DNA of 64,000 bases from Gemmatimonadota bacterium (GTDB lineage: Bacteria; Gemmatimonadota; Gemmatimonadetes; Palauibacterales; Palauibacteraceae), in contig JBHIAV010000006.1 in assembly GCA_046758745.1 (NCBI GenBank), positions 23,468 to 87,467 on the forward strand. Direction: 5' to 3'. The translations under genes were made by a program, and so were the position numbers. Shown one piece after another: positions 1-11,149 of the stretch (the stretch's first letter is position 1; each line of letters opens with the position of its first letter). The notes under the pieces were generated by a model that was not told the DNA's origin, did not search any database, and worked only from the letters and a program-made list of their open reading frames with translations.

Positions 1-521
1 TAGCCCTGTTCAGCGGCGTCGCCGGGTCAGCGGATGTCATCCTCATCCCCGAGATCCCTTTCCACATCGCCAAGGTGTGCGACAAGATCAAGGAGCGGGA
101 GGAGCTCGGCCGCCACTTCAGCATCGTGTGTGTCGCCGAAGGGGCACGACCCATCGGGGGCGGTGTGGTGACCAAGGAGGTCTCAGGGGGCGGGGCGAAG
201 CAGGTCCGGCTGGGCGGCATCGGCGCTCGCGTGGCGGAGGAGATCGCCGGTTGTACGGGGAAGGAGACCCGGTCGATCGTCCTCGGACACCTGCAGCGCG
301 GCGGTTCTCCGATCGCCTATGACCGGCTGAACGCCCTTCGGTTCGGGACCGCGGCCGTCCGGTCCGTCGAGAACCGGGAGTTCGGGTGCATGGTAGGGCT
401 CGACCCACCGAACGTGAGGGCGGTTCCTCTCGACGTGGCACTGAGGCAGAAGAAGTATGTCCCGCTCGACAGCGACATCGTGCTGACGGCACGAGCTCTC
501 GGAATCAGCTTCGGGGACTGA
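1..521 (+). CDS. pfkA: 6-phosphofructokinase, C-terminal part (5' end outside window)
   Basis: Frame continues from position 3. Translation has the PFK signatures ADVILIPE, GHLQRGGSP and GRHFSIVCVAEGA. Confidence 0.85.
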   Translation, partial: ALFSGVAGSADVILIPEIPFHIAKVCDKIKEREELGRHFSIVCVAEGARPIGGGVVTKEVSGGGAKQVRLGGIGARVAEEIAGCTGKETRSIVLGHLQRGGSPIAYDRLNALRFGTAAVRSVENREFGCMVGLDPPNVRAVPLDVALRQKKYVPLDSDIVLTARALGISFGD

Positions 522-612
522 GAGCTCGAATCCGTCGGCGGCCCGAGGGCGGATGAAAAGGGATGCCCCTCAGAGCGCTCCTCACGCCTCCGGTACCGGC
601 GACCCTCTCCGA

Positions 613-1233
613 TCAGCGCGAGGCCGCCGCCATCGATCGCGCCGCCTCGAAGCGCTCCGCCACATCGATCCAGTTCACGATGTTCCACCAGTTGTCGACG
701 TAGTCGCCCCGCTTGTTCTGGTACTTCAGGTAGTACGCGTGCTCCCACACATCGAGAACGAGGATGGGCGTGATGCCCTGCGCCGTCAGGTTCTGGTGCT
801 TCTCCGCCTGGAGAACCAGGAGGTGCGACGCCTGGGGCTCCCACCCGAGGATCCCCCATCCGCTTCCCTCGACCCCCTTGGCGGCGGCAGAGAAGTGCGC
901 CCTGAAGGTGTCCGCCCCTCCGAAGTCCTTTGCGAGCTGCTCGGCCAGCGCCCCGGAAGGCTCCCCGCCCTCCCCGGCCGGCGTCATGTTGGGCCAGAAG
1001 ATCGAATGGAGAAGGTGTCCCGAGGCATTGAAAGCGAGATCGCGTGAGATCGCTTTCACGGCCGCGTAATCGCCGGCCTCCCGCGCCTTCTCCAGCTTGT
1101 CGAGCGCCGCATTCGCGCCGTTGACGTAGCCCAGATGGTGGATGTCGTGATGGAGCCGCATGGTCTGCTCGTCGATGTACGGCTCGAGGGCATCGTACCC
1201 GTACGGAAGATCCGGGAGAGTATAGCGTGCCAT
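613..1233 (-). CDS. Fe/Mn-family superoxide dismutase
   Basis: Internal ATG at codon 103 of ORF 613..1539 gives 206 aa starting MARYTLPDLPYGYDALEPYI. Metal ligands are in the conserved context (HHDIHH..., DVWEHAYY). GGAGG lies upstream of the ATG. Confidence 0.88.
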   Translation of the reverse strand: MARYTLPDLPYGYDALEPYIDEQTMRLHHDIHHLGYVNGANAALDKLEKAREAGDYAAVKAISRDLAFNASGHLLHSIFWPNMTPAGEGGEPSGALAEQLAKDFGGADTFRAHFSAAAKGVEGSGWGILGWEPQASHLLVLQAEKHQNLTAQGITPILVLDVWEHAYYLKYQNKRGDYVDNWWNIVNWIDVAERFEAARSMAAASR

Positions 1234-1613
1234 CTTCGGCCTCCTCATGAACGCCGCTGAACGGCCGTTTCGGAGATTGAGACGGAGTATCAATCTAGCA
1301 TCGCGGTGCCGTCCGGACCACGGGCCTGCGGCAGGCCGCGGGCGCTGCGACGGGCCGAGCTGCTCTGCGGCCGGCCGCTCCAATGTGACTTCGCGGAGTG
1401 CGTGGCTTTCTGCATGGGATCGGGAAGGGAAGTGTGGCCACGTGGGAGCGGCCGGTGCGTGTGGTGGCAAGGCTGCTAACAACTTACGCCGACCCGGTCT
1501 CCCTGGTATGCGACTTGCTCCTCCGCGCCACGAGCACACGCGAACAGGAAACAGCGGGCGCCGAATCGGCTGCGGTCGGCTCGGCGCTCATGTAGGGCTC
1601 TCGGAGGCTTCAT

Positions 1614-2699
1614 ATGAACCGATATCTGGACCGAGGCTTTCTTTCTCTACTGGTCTTCTCCTTCGCGCTGGGAATCGGCGGGTGCGGCGGCGACCCGGCG
1701 GGTCCAAGCGGGGAGTTCGACGCTGTCGGGGTGGCGCAGTCCCTGGACGGGGTACGCGGCAACCTGGATGACGACAGCGACATGATCATCAGCCTCGACC
1801 TAGTCGGCTCGGCCCTGCAGCAGCAGACGGGAACACCGTCGTTGGTCGGCGGCGACCTCTCGCGTCCGGGCTTCGCGGCCAGCATCGCACCGGCCCGCAC
1901 CCTGCTGTCGGCCGGAAGCGCTTCGGCGCCGATCTTCCCCAGCAACCTCCTCGGGAAGACGTTCGTGTGGAGTGCCGCCGAGGACAGCTACGTCATCGAT
2001 GAGACGCTCACCGGCGCTCCGGCGAACGGCGTCAGGTTCCTCCTGTACGCGATCAACCCGATCACGCGCAGGCCGGCCGTGCCGCTTGTCGTCGTAGGTC
2101 GGGCAGACCTGATGGACGAGAGCAGCGCGGAGTCGACGCGCCTCGCCGTCCAGGCGGTGGTCGGAGAGCAGACGCTGATCGACTACTTCGTCGAGGCCTC
2201 CTTCACCCAGACGCAACAGACGGTAAGCGTGAACCTCGACGCCCTGGGCTTCATCTCCGACGGCAGTGTTCGCCTGGACTTCGATCTCTCGGAATCGGTA
2301 GGCCTCTCCGACGCCGCGCAGACCTTCACCATCTCGCTCCTCCACTCACTGGAGGTGGCTGCCGAGGACGTCGCCGTCACCCTCTCCGTGAACGGTGAGT
2401 TCGACTTGGTGACAGAGGTCCCCGTCAGCCTAGCGTTCACGCTCACGGTCCGTGAGGGGCCCAATACGCTGGTGTTCACCGGCGAGGCGACCGATGTCGC
2501 GATCGACGGCTCGCTCGCCTACAACGGCGAGGTCGTCGTGCTGGCGAGCGGCGATCCGGACAACCCGACCTTCACGCGGGCGGACGGCTCCGAGCTGAGC
2601 GCGGCCGACGCTCAGGCGCTGAGAGACATCTTCAATACGGTCGGTGAGGTCTTCGACTTCGCCGAAGAGATCCTGGACCCGCTGGGCGATCTGCTGTAA
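1614..2699 (+). CDS. hypothetical lipoprotein
   Basis: N-terminal signal peptide with lipobox LGIGGC. Acidic, normal-composition 361-aa product. No family recognised. Confidence 0.5.
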   Translation: MNRYLDRGFLSLLVFSFALGIGGCGGDPAGPSGEFDAVGVAQSLDGVRGNLDDDSDMIISLDLVGSALQQQTGTPSLVGGDLSRPGFAASIAPARTLLSAGSASAPIFPSNLLGKTFVWSAAEDSYVIDETLTGAPANGVRFLLYAINPITRRPAVPLVVVGRADLMDESSAESTRLAVQAVVGEQTLIDYFVEASFTQTQQTVSVNLDALGFISDGSVRLDFDLSESVGLSDAAQTFTISLLHSLEVAAEDVAVTLSVNGEFDLVTEVPVSLAFTLTVREGPNTLVFTGEATDVAIDGSLAYNGEVVVLASGDPDNPTFTRADGSELSAADAQALRDIFNTVGEVFDFAEEILDPLGDLL

Positions 2700-2713
2700 C
2701 GGGTGTGAACCTG

Positions 2714-2729
2714 CTCGGGCGCGCCCGAG
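2714..2729. terminator. perfect 16-nt GC palindrome (CTCGGGCGCGCCCGAG) between convergent genes; putative bidirectional terminator hairpin
   Basis: Seen in sequence, 15 nt after the stop of the lipoprotein gene and upstream of the convergent FAD-subunit gene end. Confidence 0.3.
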
Positions 2730-2871
2730 CGGAGCGAGCCACTACCCGTTCCAGCGAGACCGCGCATTGACAAGCGACGGCTGAAGCACTGACAGCCCAC
2801 TGAGGTACGAGGGGCCCTCTCTCAGAGGTCTTGCCTCCGCCTCTTCCCCCAGAGGAGCGGCTTCCTCTGCC

Positions 2872-3855
2872 TCAGTGGGCGATTCCCTTCAGCGCCCTCC
2901 TCACGAGCACCGGCACCATCGCCCGCCGCCACTCCGTGTCCACGATGATGTTGTCCAGCGGGTGGCACTGCCGGAAGGCCTGTTGGGCCACCGCGTCGAT
3001 CACCGAGGCGGTCAGCCGGTTGCCCAGCGCGGCCTCCTGCACCTTGCCGATCCGTCGCGGATAGGCCGCCAGAGCCGAGGCGACCATTTCCAGGGCAGTG
3101 ACGCGGCCTTCGTCGTCGAAGCGCGCCGACACGGCGAGGTTGAGGATCGGAAAGTCGATCGAGCCGCGCGGGCGGAGCTTCTGGAAGGCGAGACAGGTCC
3201 CAGGCTCCGGCCACGGAACGCGGATCGCCACCAGGAGTTCATCCGGCGCCATGCGACGGTTCCACACGCCATCGTTGGTGAAGAACTCCTCGACCGGCAC
3301 GGTCCTCCGTCCGCCGGGACCCGCGATCTCGAGGGAAGCGCCGAGCGTCATGAGCACCGGGGGCGCATCGGCGGAGTGGGCCGCCACGCATCGGGTGCCC
3401 GCCTTCACCACGTAGCAGGTGTCCCCGTCCTTCTTGAGGCAGAAGCCGAGCGCCTTTCGCCAGAAGTAGGTCTGGTTGTAGTAGGTGCAGCGGGTGTCGA
3501 GGCACACGTTGCCCCCGATCGTGCCCATGCGGCGGAGCTGCGGGCCGGAGATGAGCCCGCAGGCCTGGGCGAGGGAAGGGAGGCGGCTCCGAACCGCCGG
3601 ATGTCCGGCGAGGGAGTCCAGGGTCTCCGCCGCGCCGATCCGCAGGCCCTCCTCCGTCTGCTCGATGCCTCGCAGCTCCTCGATCCCCTTGAGCGCCACC
3701 AGGTGCTCCGGGGTGAAGAGCCGGTGCTTCATGTTGGGCACCAGGTCGGTTCCGCCGGCGATCGGAAGGGCCTTTCCCGCGTGCTCGGCGAGGGTCGCCA
3801 GCGCCTCCTCGACCGTCCCGGGCCGGTGGTAGCTGTACGGGTGCAGACGAAGCAT
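2872..3855 (-). CDS. xanthine dehydrogenase family FAD-binding (medium) subunit with HcrB-type [4Fe-4S] insertion
   Basis: CO dehydrogenase flavoprotein / XdhB-like fold (PIAGGTDLVP, GTIGGN). Cys-rich 40-aa insertion with Cys123-x15-Cys139-x7-Cys147-x8-Cys156, the spacing that binds the [4Fe-4S] cluster in the 4-hydroxybenzoyl-CoA reductase beta subunit. Confidence 0.85.
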   Translation of the reverse strand: MLRLHPYSYHRPGTVEEALATLAEHAGKALPIAGGTDLVPNMKHRLFTPEHLVALKGIEELRGIEQTEEGLRIGAAETLDSLAGHPAVRSRLPSLAQACGLISGPQLRRMGTIGGNVCLDTRCTYYNQTYFWRKALGFCLKKDGDTCYVVKAGTRCVAAHSADAPPVLMTLGASLEIAGPGGRRTVPVEEFFTNDGVWNRRMAPDELLVAIRVPWPEPGTCLAFQKLRPRGSIDFPILNLAVSARFDDEGRVTALEMVASALAAYPRRIGKVQEAALGNRLTASVIDAVAQQAFRQCHPLDNIIVDTEWRRAMVPVLVRRALKGIAH

Positions 3856-3933
3856 GGTCTCCGTGTCGGACCCGGTCGCGTCCGCCGTCTACCGGGTCAT
3901 CGAGGTCGGGGCTCTCCCCTCCGGCCGGCGGCG

Positions 3934-4017
3934 GGCCCGGCGTCCGGTCAGCGCGCCCGCTGCGCGGCCAGCATCCGGTCAGCCCGTGCCCAGACGCGGT
4001 GGGCCCGGCGTCCGGTC
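3934..4017. repeat. intergenic repeat copy A (about 60 bp, with internal duplication of GGGCCCGGCGTCCGGTC)
   Basis: CCCGGCGTCCGGTCAGCGCG...CGGCCAGCATCCGGTCAGCCCGTGCCC is roughly 85% identical to the copy at 5679-5742, in the same orientation. Confidence 0.6.
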
Positions 4018-4191
4018 GCTCACCACGAACCCGGAGGCTCGCGGCCGACTCTTAAAAGATAACCCAGCCCCACCGGCGGACCAACGACGCGGAAGCCGGC
4101 GGCGCTCCCCGACTACCCCGCCCCGATGTTCGATGTAGCGTGCCCTCCGGAACCGTCCTGATGCTCTCCCGCCGGACGCTGATCGCGACGC

Positions 4192-5535
4192 CTACTGAAC
4201 TCCGGCGGCGATGCCCACGACGATCGCCACCGCCCCGAGGGCGAGCAGGAGCAGATACTTCGGCAGGGCGAACCGGAGCCACTCCTCGTACCGCACCCCG
4301 CCCGCCGCGAGGATCGCCAGCAGCGCGCCGTTGGTCGGCGTGATGAGGTCGCACAGTCCCGCTCCGTACTGATACGCGAGCACGGTGACCTGCCTGGAGA
4401 GCCCGAGCAGGTCCGACAGGGGAACCAGCAGGGGCATCGTCAGCACCGCGTGACCGCTCACGCTCGGCACAGGGACGTGGACGGCCGTGTGCGCGGCCAT
4501 CATGCCGAGGGCGGAGAGGCCGAGCGGGAGATCGGCGATCGGCGTGAAGAGCCCCTTCACGATCGTGTCGACGATGCGACCCTGGTCGAGGACGACGTAG
4601 ATGGCGCGCGCGAAGCCGATCAGCAGGGCGGCGAACGCCATCGACCGAAAGCCCTTCACGTACGCTTCGGCGGTGCGGGTCACGCCGAGGCGGCCGATCA
4701 GGCCGGCGAGGACTCCCATGAGGAAGAACAGGGCCGACATGTGGTCGAAGTCCCAGTCTAGATAGAGGAGGCCGACCACCAGCGCCGCGAAGGTCAGGAG
4801 CACGAGCAGCAGGATCGCTCCCTCGCGCCGGCCCACCCTCTCCGATCCGGCGGCCTCGACCGCTTCCGGCTCCGTGCGAGTCCGGACGGCGTGCCGCATG
4901 GTGGCCCCGATCCAGAACGCCACGGCTGCCCCCAGGAAAGCCAGGCGGAACGCCGAGCCGGAGAGCAGCGGGAGCTCGGCGAGCTTCTGGGCAATCCCCA
5001 CCTGAAACGGGTTGATCGGGCTGAACGATGATCCGACGAACGCCGCGCCTGCGCTCATCGAGACGGCCACCAGGGGAGTGAAGCCGAGGCGTCCGGTGAG
5101 AATCAGCAGGACCGGGACCAGGGCGATGATCTCCTCCTGCATGTTCTCCAGCGCCCCGGCTGCTGCGAAGGCCAGCGACACCACCGGGATGACGAGGGCT
5201 TCACGCCTGTCCAGGCGACGCACCAGCCATGTCACGCCGCTGCGCAGCGCCCCCGTCTCGTCCACCACCGTGAACGCCCCACCGATGAGGAAGACGAGGA
5301 AGACGACGTCGGCCGCGTCGGCCAGGCCCTTCGGGATGGCGACGATCGCGTCGAAGAAGTCGACCGGATTCCGCTCCACATCGTGGTAGGTTCCGGCGAC
5401 GACGACGACGCGGCCCGTGGCCGCATCCTCGCGCCGTTCGTACTCCCCGGCCTGGAGCACGTAGCTAAGGGCCGCGGCGACGAGGATGCAGCCCACGAGT
5501 AGCGCGATGGGATGCGGAAAGCGTCGCTTCTGCAT
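4192..5535 (-). CDS. yfcC: YfcC-family membrane transporter (DcuC-like C4-dicarboxylate / putative basic amino acid antiporter family)
   Basis: About 10 TM segments. C-terminal region (FARAIYVVLD, AVLTMPLLVPLSDLLGLSRQVTVLAYQYG) aligns with E. coli YfcC. Start placed at MQKRRFPHPIALLVGC (codon 35 of the ORF). Confidence 0.82.
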   Translation of the reverse strand: MQKRRFPHPIALLVGCILVAAALSYVLQAGEYERREDAATGRVVVVAGTYHDVERNPVDFFDAIVAIPKGLADAADVVFLVFLIGGAFTVVDETGALRSGVTWLVRRLDRREALVIPVVSLAFAAAGALENMQEEIIALVPVLLILTGRLGFTPLVAVSMSAGAAFVGSSFSPINPFQVGIAQKLAELPLLSGSAFRLAFLGAAVAFWIGATMRHAVRTRTEPEAVEAAGSERVGRREGAILLLVLLTFAALVVGLLYLDWDFDHMSALFFLMGVLAGLIGRLGVTRTAEAYVKGFRSMAFAALLIGFARAIYVVLDQGRIVDTIVKGLFTPIADLPLGLSALGMMAAHTAVHVPVPSVSGHAVLTMPLLVPLSDLLGLSRQVTVLAYQYGAGLCDLITPTNGALLAILAAGGVRYEEWLRFALPKYLLLLALGAVAIVVGIAAGVQ

Positions 5536-5678
5536 GTGCTGGCGCTCGGTTCGATCGGTGATCCAGTCACCCCGGAGCCGATGAGAAAGCTCGGGGACCG
5601 CTTCGGTCGGCGGTGCAGGGTCTCCGGGCTGCCGCATCGCCCGAAGACCCGGGAGGAACGTCCTCGAGACGGCCGATC

Positions 5679-5742
5679 AGCCCGGCGTCCGGTCAGCGCG
5701 GACGCGGCCCGGCCAGCATCCGGCCAGCCCGTGCCCGGCGCG
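5679..5742. repeat. intergenic repeat copy B
   Basis: Direct repeat of the 3934-3998 element. Together the two copies flank yfcC. Confidence 0.6.
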
Positions 5743-5759
5743 AGGGGCGGGCCGACGGC

Positions 5760-5992
5760 TCAGACGCCGAGCGCCCGGGCGGCGAGCTCCGTCCCGGCGA
5801 CGCGGGCGCGAACCTTCTCGAAGGCCGTCTCCCGAGAGGTCGAGGTGTCGTCCCCGAACGGTGACAAGCCGCAGTCGTCGGTGGTGCCGAGTCGGTCGAG
5901 CGGAAGGTATTCGGCCACCTTCCAAACCCTGTCCCTCACCTCCTCGGGAGTCTCCACTCTCGGCTCGATCGGGTCGATCACGCGGCGGAAAG
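5760..5992 (-). pseudogene. metE: 3'-terminal remnant of a cobalamin-independent methionine synthase (MetE family) gene
   Basis: 73-78 aa ORF translating ...PRVETPEEVRDRVWKVAEYLPLDRLGTTDDCGLSPFGDDTSTSRETAFEKVRARVAGTELAARALGV. This matches the MetE C-terminus (PRVPSVEEI..LWVNPDCGLKTR...NMVAAAKLIR). The frame runs back to the pckA stop with no start context or RBS. Confidence 0.55.
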
Positions 5993-7606
<1,614 letters not shown>

Positions 7607-7840
7607 CCGTGCTCTCCGCGCTGCCGGCCCGGCTCCCCGCGGCGCAGAGGTGCGGAGGACGGTCCGTCCGCCGCGGTAGATCCGACCGAACGGTGAAACG
7701 TCCAGTAAGCTTCGCTCCGGGAGCGGCCACGGGCAACCGCCGCGCCCATCGGACGGCCGGGGCTCGCCGTTCGCGCGCTCGGCGAGGCAGATACCTTTTC
7801 GGCGTGCGACGAAGCGGTTGAAGGCAGGACGGGGCGGCTA

Positions 7841-7852
7841 GGGGAGCTCCCC
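7841..7852. terminator. 12-nt perfect palindrome GGGGAGCTCCCC downstream of the molybdoenzyme large-subunit gene
   Basis: Seen in sequence, in the 280-bp gap between the large-subunit stop (7886) and the pckA start (7606). Confidence 0.25.
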
Positions 7853-7885
7853 TGGCGAGTGCCGCCGCGGGCCGGCGGCAGAGCC

Positions 7886-10300
7886 TCAGGCCGTGGCGAC
7901 GGCGCTCTCCGCGTCGGCCGCCTCCCCCTCACGGATCGCCCGCCACACGCGGTCGGGGGTGAAGGGGAGAGAGTCCATGCGCACGCCGATGGCGTCGTAG
8001 ATGGCGTTCGCGATGGCGGGAAGCGAGGGATGGAGCGGACCCTCGCCCGCTTCTTTCGCGCCGTAAGGGCCTTCGGGGTCGTTCGTCTCGACGATCAGCG
8101 AGACGAACTCCGGGCAGTCCATAGACGTGGGGATCCGGTAATCGAGGAGCGAGGGGGCGTTGTGGAGGCCGCCCTCCTCCGGCCCACGCTTCATCACCTG
8201 CTCCTCCATAACCGCCTCTGCGAAGCCCATGTAGGCCGAGCCTTCGATCTGTCCCTCGACGAGCACCGGGTTGAGCGCCCGCCCGCAGTCGTGCGCGACC
8301 CAGATCGTCTTCACCTCGACGAACCCGGTGTCCGGGTCCACCTCCACCTCCGCGACGTGAGCGGTGAAGCTGTAGGCCGGCGATGCGCCGATCGTGCCGC
8401 CCCGGTAGTCGCCGTGGATATCCTTCGGGGTGTTGTAATGCCCGATGGCGCCTAGCGTGCCGTGCTCCGCCTCGGCAAGCTGGAAGGCGGCCGCGATCGG
8501 CATGCGTCGCTCGCCATTCCGCGGGTCGCCGGCGTCGAAGGCCCATCCTCCGGTGAGCCGCACCCGCTCGGGCGGGATCCCCCAGGCCTTCGCCACGGAG
8601 CTCCGAACCTTCCCGCCGAGCTCGCGGCACGCCATCACGCACGCGTTCCCCACCATCAGGGTCTCGCGCGAGGAGTACGCGCCGAGGTCCACCGGCGTGA
8701 GGTCCGTGTCGGCCGAGAAGACGCGTACGTATGGGAGTGGGACTCCGAGCTCCTCCGCGGCGATGTAAGCCATCGTCGAGTCGGAACCTTGCCCGATCTC
8801 CGAGGCACCGTGCAGGACGTTCACCCGGCCGGACCGCTCGATCTGCACCTGCACGGCGGCCTGCGGCATCGGGTTTGGGTAGATGGGATAGTTCGTCCCG
8901 GAGATGTAGCACGAGCCTGCGATGCCTACACCCCGACCGTATGGGAGCCTCCGGAACTTCTTCTTCCACCCGCTTGCCTGCTCCACGGCCTCGAGACACT
9001 CGAGGAAGCCGTTCGAGTTCACCTGGAACTCGTTCACCGTCCGGCCCGTGCCCATGAAGTTCCGGCGCCTGAACTCGATCGGGTCCATGCCGAGCTTCTC
9101 GGCCACCTTGTCGATAGAGATCTCGAAGGCGAAGCGGGGCTGCACGGAGCCATGTCCGCGCTTCGGGCCGCACGGCGGCTTGTTCGTGTACACGCGGGTC
9201 GATTCGAAGCGGTACGAGTCGATCGTGTACGGCGCGGTGAGCAGCTGGCCGCTGTAATAGGTGGTGACGAGGCCGAAGGAGGCGTACGCGCCACCGTCGA
9301 GGATCGTCCGCGCATCCACCGCCCTGAGCCGTCCGTCGTTCGAGGCGCCGAGGCGGTACCACATCTTCATCGGGTGCCGGCCGCGGTGGGAGTAGAAGAC
9401 CTCCTCCCGCGTGTACAGGATCTTCACCGGACGTCCCGTGCGCAGCGCCAGCAGAGCCACGCAGAACTCGAGGTCGAACGGCTCCGACTTCCCACCGAAC
9501 GCACCGCCCACGGCCGGCTGGATCACCCGGATCCTGGCCACGTCCAGCTCGAGGACGCGCGCCAGCTCACGGTGCAGGTAATGCGGCACCTGCGTGGAGG
9601 ACCACACAGTGAGGATCGCGTCCTGTCCGACGCGGGCGATCGCGCAGTGCGGCTCGATCGCTGTGTGGGTGGTACCGTGGAAGTAGTACTCTCCCTCCAC
9701 CGTGACGTCGGCCGACTCCATGAGCTCATCCACCGGCCCGAACTCGAGCTTCACCTGTTTGGTGACGTTTCCGTTTCGGCCTGGCTTCCCCGGCTGGTGG
9801 ATCGGGTTCTCGGGATGAGCCAGTGCCTCCTCGGGGTCCAGGTAATAGGGGAGGGGCTCGTATTCCACGTCGATCAGGTCGAGCGCCGCGTTGGCCGTAT
9901 CCTCATCCACCGCGGCGACCGCCGCCACCGCATCACCCACGAAGCGGACCCTATCGAGCGCGAGTGCGTGCTCATCGCGCGTCCACGGGATGATGCCGTA
10001 CGGAATCGGCATGTCCTTCCCGGTGATCACTGCATGCACCCCCTCCAGCGCCTCCGCCTCGGAGACGTCGATCGAGCGGATGCGGGCGTGGGGCTCGGTG
10101 CTGCGGAGGATCTTCCCGTGCAGCATTCCGGGGAGGACGATGTCATCGGTGTACACCTCCTTCCCGGTGGACATGGCGAGGCCGTCGGTGCGGCGGTTGC
10201 GCCGCCCCAGCACGCGGAACTCATCCGCGCCGAGCGCCTCCAGCTCTTCGGGGGAGTCCGCGCTGGATCTCTGCAGGCGCTCGAGCTCCTCGGGCAGCAT
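7886..10300 (-). CDS. xanthine dehydrogenase family molybdopterin-binding large subunit
   Basis: 804 aa from the internal ATG (MLPEELERLQ..., codon 74 of the ORF), with GGGGGAGG 5 nt upstream. XDH-type motifs AVGGAFGGK and YTNKPPCGPKRGHGSVQ. No CoxL VAYRCSFR loop. Start is 4 nt after the small-subunit stop. Confidence 0.85.
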   Translation of the reverse strand: MLPEELERLQRSSADSPEELEALGADEFRVLGRRNRRTDGLAMSTGKEVYTDDIVLPGMLHGKILRSTEPHARIRSIDVSEAEALEGVHAVITGKDMPIPYGIIPWTRDEHALALDRVRFVGDAVAAVAAVDEDTANAALDLIDVEYEPLPYYLDPEEALAHPENPIHQPGKPGRNGNVTKQVKLEFGPVDELMESADVTVEGEYYFHGTTHTAIEPHCAIARVGQDAILTVWSSTQVPHYLHRELARVLELDVARIRVIQPAVGGAFGGKSEPFDLEFCVALLALRTGRPVKILYTREEVFYSHRGRHPMKMWYRLGASNDGRLRAVDARTILDGGAYASFGLVTTYYSGQLLTAPYTIDSYRFESTRVYTNKPPCGPKRGHGSVQPRFAFEISIDKVAEKLGMDPIEFRRRNFMGTGRTVNEFQVNSNGFLECLEAVEQASGWKKKFRRLPYGRGVGIAGSCYISGTNYPIYPNPMPQAAVQVQIERSGRVNVLHGASEIGQGSDSTMAYIAAEELGVPLPYVRVFSADTDLTPVDLGAYSSRETLMVGNACVMACRELGGKVRSSVAKAWGIPPERVRLTGGWAFDAGDPRNGERRMPIAAAFQLAEAEHGTLGAIGHYNTPKDIHGDYRGGTIGASPAYSFTAHVAEVEVDPDTGFVEVKTIWVAHDCGRALNPVLVEGQIEGSAYMGFAEAVMEEQVMKRGPEEGGLHNAPSLLDYRIPTSMDCPEFVSLIVETNDPEGPYGAKEAGEGPLHPSLPAIANAIYDAIGVRMDSLPFTPDRVWRAIREGEAADAESAVATA

Positions 10301-10304
10301 GGCT

Positions 10305-10847
10305 TCAGGCCTCCCCCGGCGCCGGTACCCGAGCCGGCGACGGGTGCGGTGATGCGAGCAGCTCCGCCGGAGCTCGGCCGCTCCGAAGCGCCTCGGCCGC
10401 CAGCTCCACCGCCTCGAAGATCTTCGTGTAGCCGGTGCACCGGCACAGGTTGCCGGACAGGGCCTCCATGATCTCCTTCCTGGTAGGCGAGCTGTTCTCC
10501 GCGAGGAGTCCGAAAGCACTGCACAGAATGCCGGGGGTGCAGAAGCCGCACTGCGCCGCGCCGGTCAGGTCGAAGGCATCCTGCAGCGGGTGGGGCCGAG
10601 CGCCCTGCGCGATCCCCTCCACGGTGGTGACCTCGTGGCCCATCGCCTCGTACACGGGAAGGATGCACGACAGCACGGCCTTCCCGTCGAGCAGCACCGT
10701 GCAGGCGCCGCAGTCGCCCTTGTCGCACCCCTGCTTCGAGCCTGTCAGGCCGAGACCATAGCGGAGCGTCTCGAGGAGCGTGAAGTGGGTCGGGACGCCG
10801 ACCTCGACAGCGTCACCGTTGACCCGGAGATTGATTACGTCCTTCAT
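10305..10847 (-). CDS. xanthine dehydrogenase family (2Fe-2S)-binding small subunit
   Basis: 180 aa. Plant-type ferredoxin motif CDKGDCGACTV plus a second cluster motif (QCGFCTPG ... CRCTGY). Confidence 0.9.
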   Translation of the reverse strand: MKDVINLRVNGDAVEVGVPTHFTLLETLRYGLGLTGSKQGCDKGDCGACTVLLDGKAVLSCILPVYEAMGHEVTTVEGIAQGARPHPLQDAFDLTGAAQCGFCTPGILCSAFGLLAENSSPTRKEIMEALSGNLCRCTGYTKIFEAVELAAEALRSGRAPAELLASPHPSPARVPAPGEA

Positions 10848-11149
10848 GGCTGGGTAGTACCCCGCGTTTGTCGGGGTCGTTCGAGCTTCACGAAACCGTG
10901 ACCGGGCGAGTGCCGGATCGATGGGCGCCGCTTCCGGCGCGGACGGGCCGTCCCGAGCCCCGGGCGGACGGCCCCGTTCCTGCGGGACGTTAGACGCGCC
11001 GTGCAGGTCGGGTCAAGCGCGAGGCACCCCGCACGGGAGATGGGGGTACGCAGGCGGACGCTCGGCCTTCGGGCCGCAAGCTGGAAGCCCGGTCGGCCGG
11101 CGCCGGACACCCGGTCGTGGTTGCCGGAGAGATGAACCGGAGGAGCCGA

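Noticed and set aside
8462-10471. 669-aa plus-strand ORF and the 477-aa minus ORF 7929..9362
   Set aside because: Alternative frames over the molybdoenzyme large-subunit gene. Junk composition. The real frame has clear XDH-family homology.
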